Origin: Macrostomum hystrix
Taxonomy: Eukaryota; Animalia; Platyhelminthes
DNA length: 64,000 nucleotides
Direction: 5' to 3'
NCBI GenBank assembly: GCA_950097015.1
Contig: CATNEN010000039.1
Coordinates: 20,336,001-20,400,000 of the forward strand
Numbering within the stretch: position 1 is the first letter of the stretch; every line of letters starts with the position of its first letter. The position numbers were made by a program, and so were the translations under genes. This document shows positions 60,423-64,000 of this stretch, in pieces. The notes below the pieces were generated by a model, which had not been told where the DNA came from, searched no databases, and worked only from the letters and a program-made list of their open reading frames with translations.

Positions 60423-60762
60423 TGTCAGTGCCAGAGCGGTCTAACGCGTTTGCCTCTCGCACCAAGGTCCCTGAGCTCGATTCCGCGGCGAGGCCGCATT
60501 TATTTCTGGTTCAGCTGGGGAGAGAAGGCTTTGGGGCTTGTCGTGCAATTTACGCCCTTGAGGGCCAACCTTCAAGGCACAGTGAGAGTGTACACTGCCT
60601 GACTATTAAAAAGTCAGGGCAGATGTACAAACCTGTGTGAGCGAGTGCCTGCGTACAGACAATATCTGTGCGTGTGTGCTCAGGAGTCAGCGAAATGGGC
60701 AGAATTGCCTCCTCGCTGGTTGCAGGTCCAGTGTCACTAGTAGACCCTAACCCTAACCCTAA
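60423..60762 (+). mobile_element. tRNA-derived SINE (family A) followed by (CCCTAA)3
   Basis: Homologous to 54461-54770. Telomere-type hexamers at 60745-60762. Confidence 0.85.
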
Positions 60763-61734
60763 TATTTACCCTAATGCAATGGCCACAGTACGTTCTGCAG
60801 ATATCCTAATTATTTATATGTAAAAACTGTTCCCTGTACTACAGTTGATCTGCTGCCTGCTGTTTTGCAACATTGAAATACCAAACTGACAATTCACACT
60901 TATCCAACTATACTTTATCTATTGTTGTTTTCTGCATTGCTTGACAATCTTTCTACTTGTAGTAGCTTTACTAGCAGCCTGCGCTGTGATAAATTAGCAG
61001 ATTTTTTTATTTTCTAAATAAGAATTTTCTTGTTTTGTCGGTTCTGCATAGTCCGATTCCAGCTTTCATAGAGAAATCGCGAAATATGATGGTATCGAAG
61101 CAAGAAACACCCCAAATTATATAAATATTAGTTTAGCATGAATATATACAGATAAGTATATCTTTTCTTAAATATTACTTAAATAAGTTTATTCGGAAGA
61201 TTGAAGTATTGAAGTATTATTTTACTCTCATTATATTTTAAGTGGGTCGATTGAAATCGTGACACTGGAAGGCAACATAAATATATTTCTATTTGTGATG
61301 AAAAAATGTGCAAGTCTTTTATAATATTGAGCATTTAAAAAAATAAAAATGTTGCAAACATTATTATAAATAGGAAAAAAATCATAAAGTGCATAAATTA
61401 TGCTTTTCATTTGTTGGGAATAGTATGAAGTAGAAAATAAGCTACATTTTCTAATAGTTTGAGCTAATTATTTAAATAATAAATATAATATAGATAAAAA
61501 TCACAGTTGCACATCAAACTTATCGACAAAAATTGAAAGACACTCGAGGGAGATGAAGGGAGCGAATTGAGTTGATTGAACGAAAAATTCCCAGAGACAA
61601 ATCAATCGGAAGCGATTGAGGACCCGACGATCAATAAAAAATGTAAAATCTATCGTAATCAGGTCAATGGGAATCTAATTAAAAAATTAAAATGAGCTAT
61701 TTATTTTTGTGCGGCAACACAATCACAATAAGGT

Positions 61735-62152
61735 GCTGCCCAACCACAGCCACCCCACCCCAATGTACACTCGCTGCTGGCCAACTACAGCCACCCCACC
61801 CCAATGTACACTCGCTGCTGACCAACCACAGCCACCACACCCCAATGTACACGATCGCTGCTGACCAACCACAGCCACCCCACCCCAATGCACACTCGCT
61901 GCTGACCAACCACAGCCACCCCACCCCAATGTACACTCGCTGCTGACCAAGCACAGCCACCCCACCCCAATGTACACTCGCTGCTGACCAACCACAGCCA
62001 CCCCACCCCAATGTACACTCGCTGCTGACCAAGCGCAGCCACCCCACCCCAATGTACACTCGCTGCTGACCAACCACAGCCACCCCACCCCAATGTACAC
62101 GATCGCTGCTGACCAACCACAGCCACCCCACCCCAATGCACACTTGCTGCTG
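61735..62152. repeat. 41-bp minisatellite CCACAGCCACCCCACCCCAATGTACACTCGCTGCTGACCAA (~10 copies)
   Basis: Read directly. Confidence 0.93.
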
Positions 62153-62723
62153 AATATGCATTTGCTAAAATTGTGCAAATTACACAGGACCTATACCTAT
62201 TGCCTAGCTACAGTCAAGTAAAATAAAACGCTTTTAGTTAAAAAGAAATATTGCAATTCGTAGTACACGAAAATACAGTACGAAGACAATAAAAAAAGAA
62301 AAACCTAGAAAAAATATTTAAAACGTTAAGAATCACTCATTGACAAAAAATCCGATGCGAATGGAGAGCAAAAAATATCGAATGGATTTCAAAACGGCAT
62401 TTTTCAATCGCAAATTTCACGCACTTTTGTGTTTTTTCTGTACACGGAAAAACTCCGAAAGGCTAAAAATAATTAGTAAAAGAACAATTTTAGTCAAGAT
62501 TGGAATAAACTATTTCAATAAACTAAAGCTATAGAGTATTTCTTGTAGCTTTACTTGTAAAAAAACTGTAGAGAAATTATTATCACTGGATTCAAAAAAT
62601 CTCAGCAGAAGACTTAATTAGAAAATTATTAATGTCATAATAATATTTAACACGAATTTATTATAATGTGCCTTCACTTACATTTTTAAGACTAGCAATC
62701 CATTTGGTATTCTACCATCGCTA

Positions 62724-63135
62724 GGGAATAGACTAGCAATCCATTCTATTCAAAAATCTATGAGGAATAGACTAGCAGTCCATTCTATTCTAAAATATAT
62801 GTGGAATACACTAGCAATCCATTCTATTCTAAAATCTATGTGGAATAGACTAGCAATCCATTCTATTCTAAAATCTATGTGGAATACACTAGCAATCCAT
62901 TCTATTCTAAAATCTATGTGGAATAGACTAGCAATCCATTCTATTCTAAAATCTATGTGGAATAGACTAGCAATCCATTCTATTCTAAAATCTATGTGGA
63001 ATAGACTAGCAATCCATTCTATTCTAAAATCTATGTGGAATACACTAGCAATCCATTCTATTCTAAAATCTATGTGGAATACACTAGCAATCCATTCTAT
63101 TCTAAAATCTATGTGGAATACACTAGCAATCCATT
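62724..63135. repeat. 39-bp minisatellite GGAATAGACTAGCAATCCATTCTATTCTAAAATCTATGT (~10 copies)
   Basis: Read directly. Confidence 0.93.
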
Positions 63136-63169
63136 AAAGTCCATGCTGAAAGGCTTCTGAAAAGTGTGC

Positions 63170-64000
63170 TCAGCCTGGCTCAGCTGAGTACTGCCCGCTG
63201 ATGAGGCGTCGCCGACTCATCGCCAGCTTGTAGGCGGCGCCGACTGTTTCGAAGGCGCACTCTGAGATGCAACAGTCATCGGCCTGGAAGCGCAGCCGAA
63301 CCAGAGCTGGGGAGCCTGGCCCTGAGGTCAGCGGGAAGCTGGCACGAATGCGTCCTGGCAGGCTAAGTTCCTCCCAGATGACGGAGCCAGTTGAGTGTGC
63401 CAAACGGCCAGGCGGTTCCGAGCGCATCTCTACGACGCCGCCCGATATCTCCGTCTGTGTTTATTGGGGCAAAATTAGACAGCCAATCAACTTAAAGAGA
63501 AACAACTTAAGGCCACTGAGATGACAACCAATTAGATTTGAGCGAGAGAAAAAGTACGTCAGCTAGATGACAGCCAATCAGAATGAAGTGAGAGAAAATT
63601 AGACGAATTAGATAATAGCCATCAGATTGAGGCGAGAGGAAAAGTAGGCCATTAAGATGACAGCCAATCAGATTGAGGCGAGAAAAACATGACACATGCA
63701 TAGCCAATAAGCGCAATGTCGCAAACACTCACACTAATTGCCACAGACTGAATGGGCAGCGCACATCCGGGATGCAGGCGAGCCCGCACCAGCAGCTCGG
63801 TGCTGTTTGGCAGGCAGCGCCAGACGGCTCTCAGTTGGACAGGCGCCTGGAAGTCTTCCAGCAGTGGCACCTCGTAGGTCAGCAGGTCTAAGTTAAGAAA
63901 TCGGGCGTCGGGTTTTCCTCTAGCCAATCGGAGCAGCTCTTCGGTCAAGACTGACGGATCAGATAAGAACTGGTCAGCCTGCTGCCTGCGATGGGTTAGA
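63170..64000 (-). CDS. FCHo/SGIP1 (muniscin)-like mu-homology domain, last two exons (>64000-63733, 63454-63170)
   Basis: FLNLDLLTYEV...PVQLRAVWRC..NSTEL...AIS|TEISGGV..MRSEP....IW...IRASF.LTSGPGSP...LRF...YKLAMSRRRLISGQYSAE-stop matches the muniscin muHD C-terminus. Phase-0 GT-AG intron. Confidence 0.78.

Noticed and set aside
61692-63137. Repetitive ORFs over the 41-bp and 39-bp arrays
   Set aside because: Satellite translations downstream of the FCHo-like stop codon.

Overview
This is eukaryotic (animal) genomic DNA, not prokaryotic. It has spliceosomal GT-AG introns, SINEs, LTR, Helitron and mariner elements, and many minisatellites. The style (GC-rich exons, AT-rich introns full of 16-41 bp tandem arrays) suggests an invertebrate such as a free-living flatworm, which is an inference only. 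Host genes rebuilt by hand from splice sites: (1) a divergent opsin-like GPCR (minus strand, 3 exons visible, 3' exons not found); (2) a 2-exon survivin-like BIR protein; (3) a putative 3-exon, N-myristoylated, disordered protein whose ~18.9 kb first intron holds an antisense single-exon LRR membrane-protein gene and several transposons; (4) an 11-exon KIAA0825/DUF4495-like gene; (5) the 3' end of an FCHo/SGIP1-like mu-homology-domain gene. Mobile DNA: a Tc1/IS630-type end, a deleted Gypsy element with LTRs and TSD, solo LTRs (one nested in another), a deleted Helitron carrying a hAT-type MITE, a DD34D mariner with ~200 bp TIRs, LINE remnants, MITEs and SINEs. The most unusual region is 9.2-14.3 kb. 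It holds three divergent Crypton/DUF3504-type tyrosine-recombinase modules in tandem (one full-length with an intron, two truncated). The spacers between them carry long hairpins and a repeated TCTATGG-N7-CCATAGA dyad shaped like a tyrosine-recombinase crossover site. This resembles a cassette array built by site-specific recombination. The long repetitive ORFs in the supplied track are satellite artefacts.
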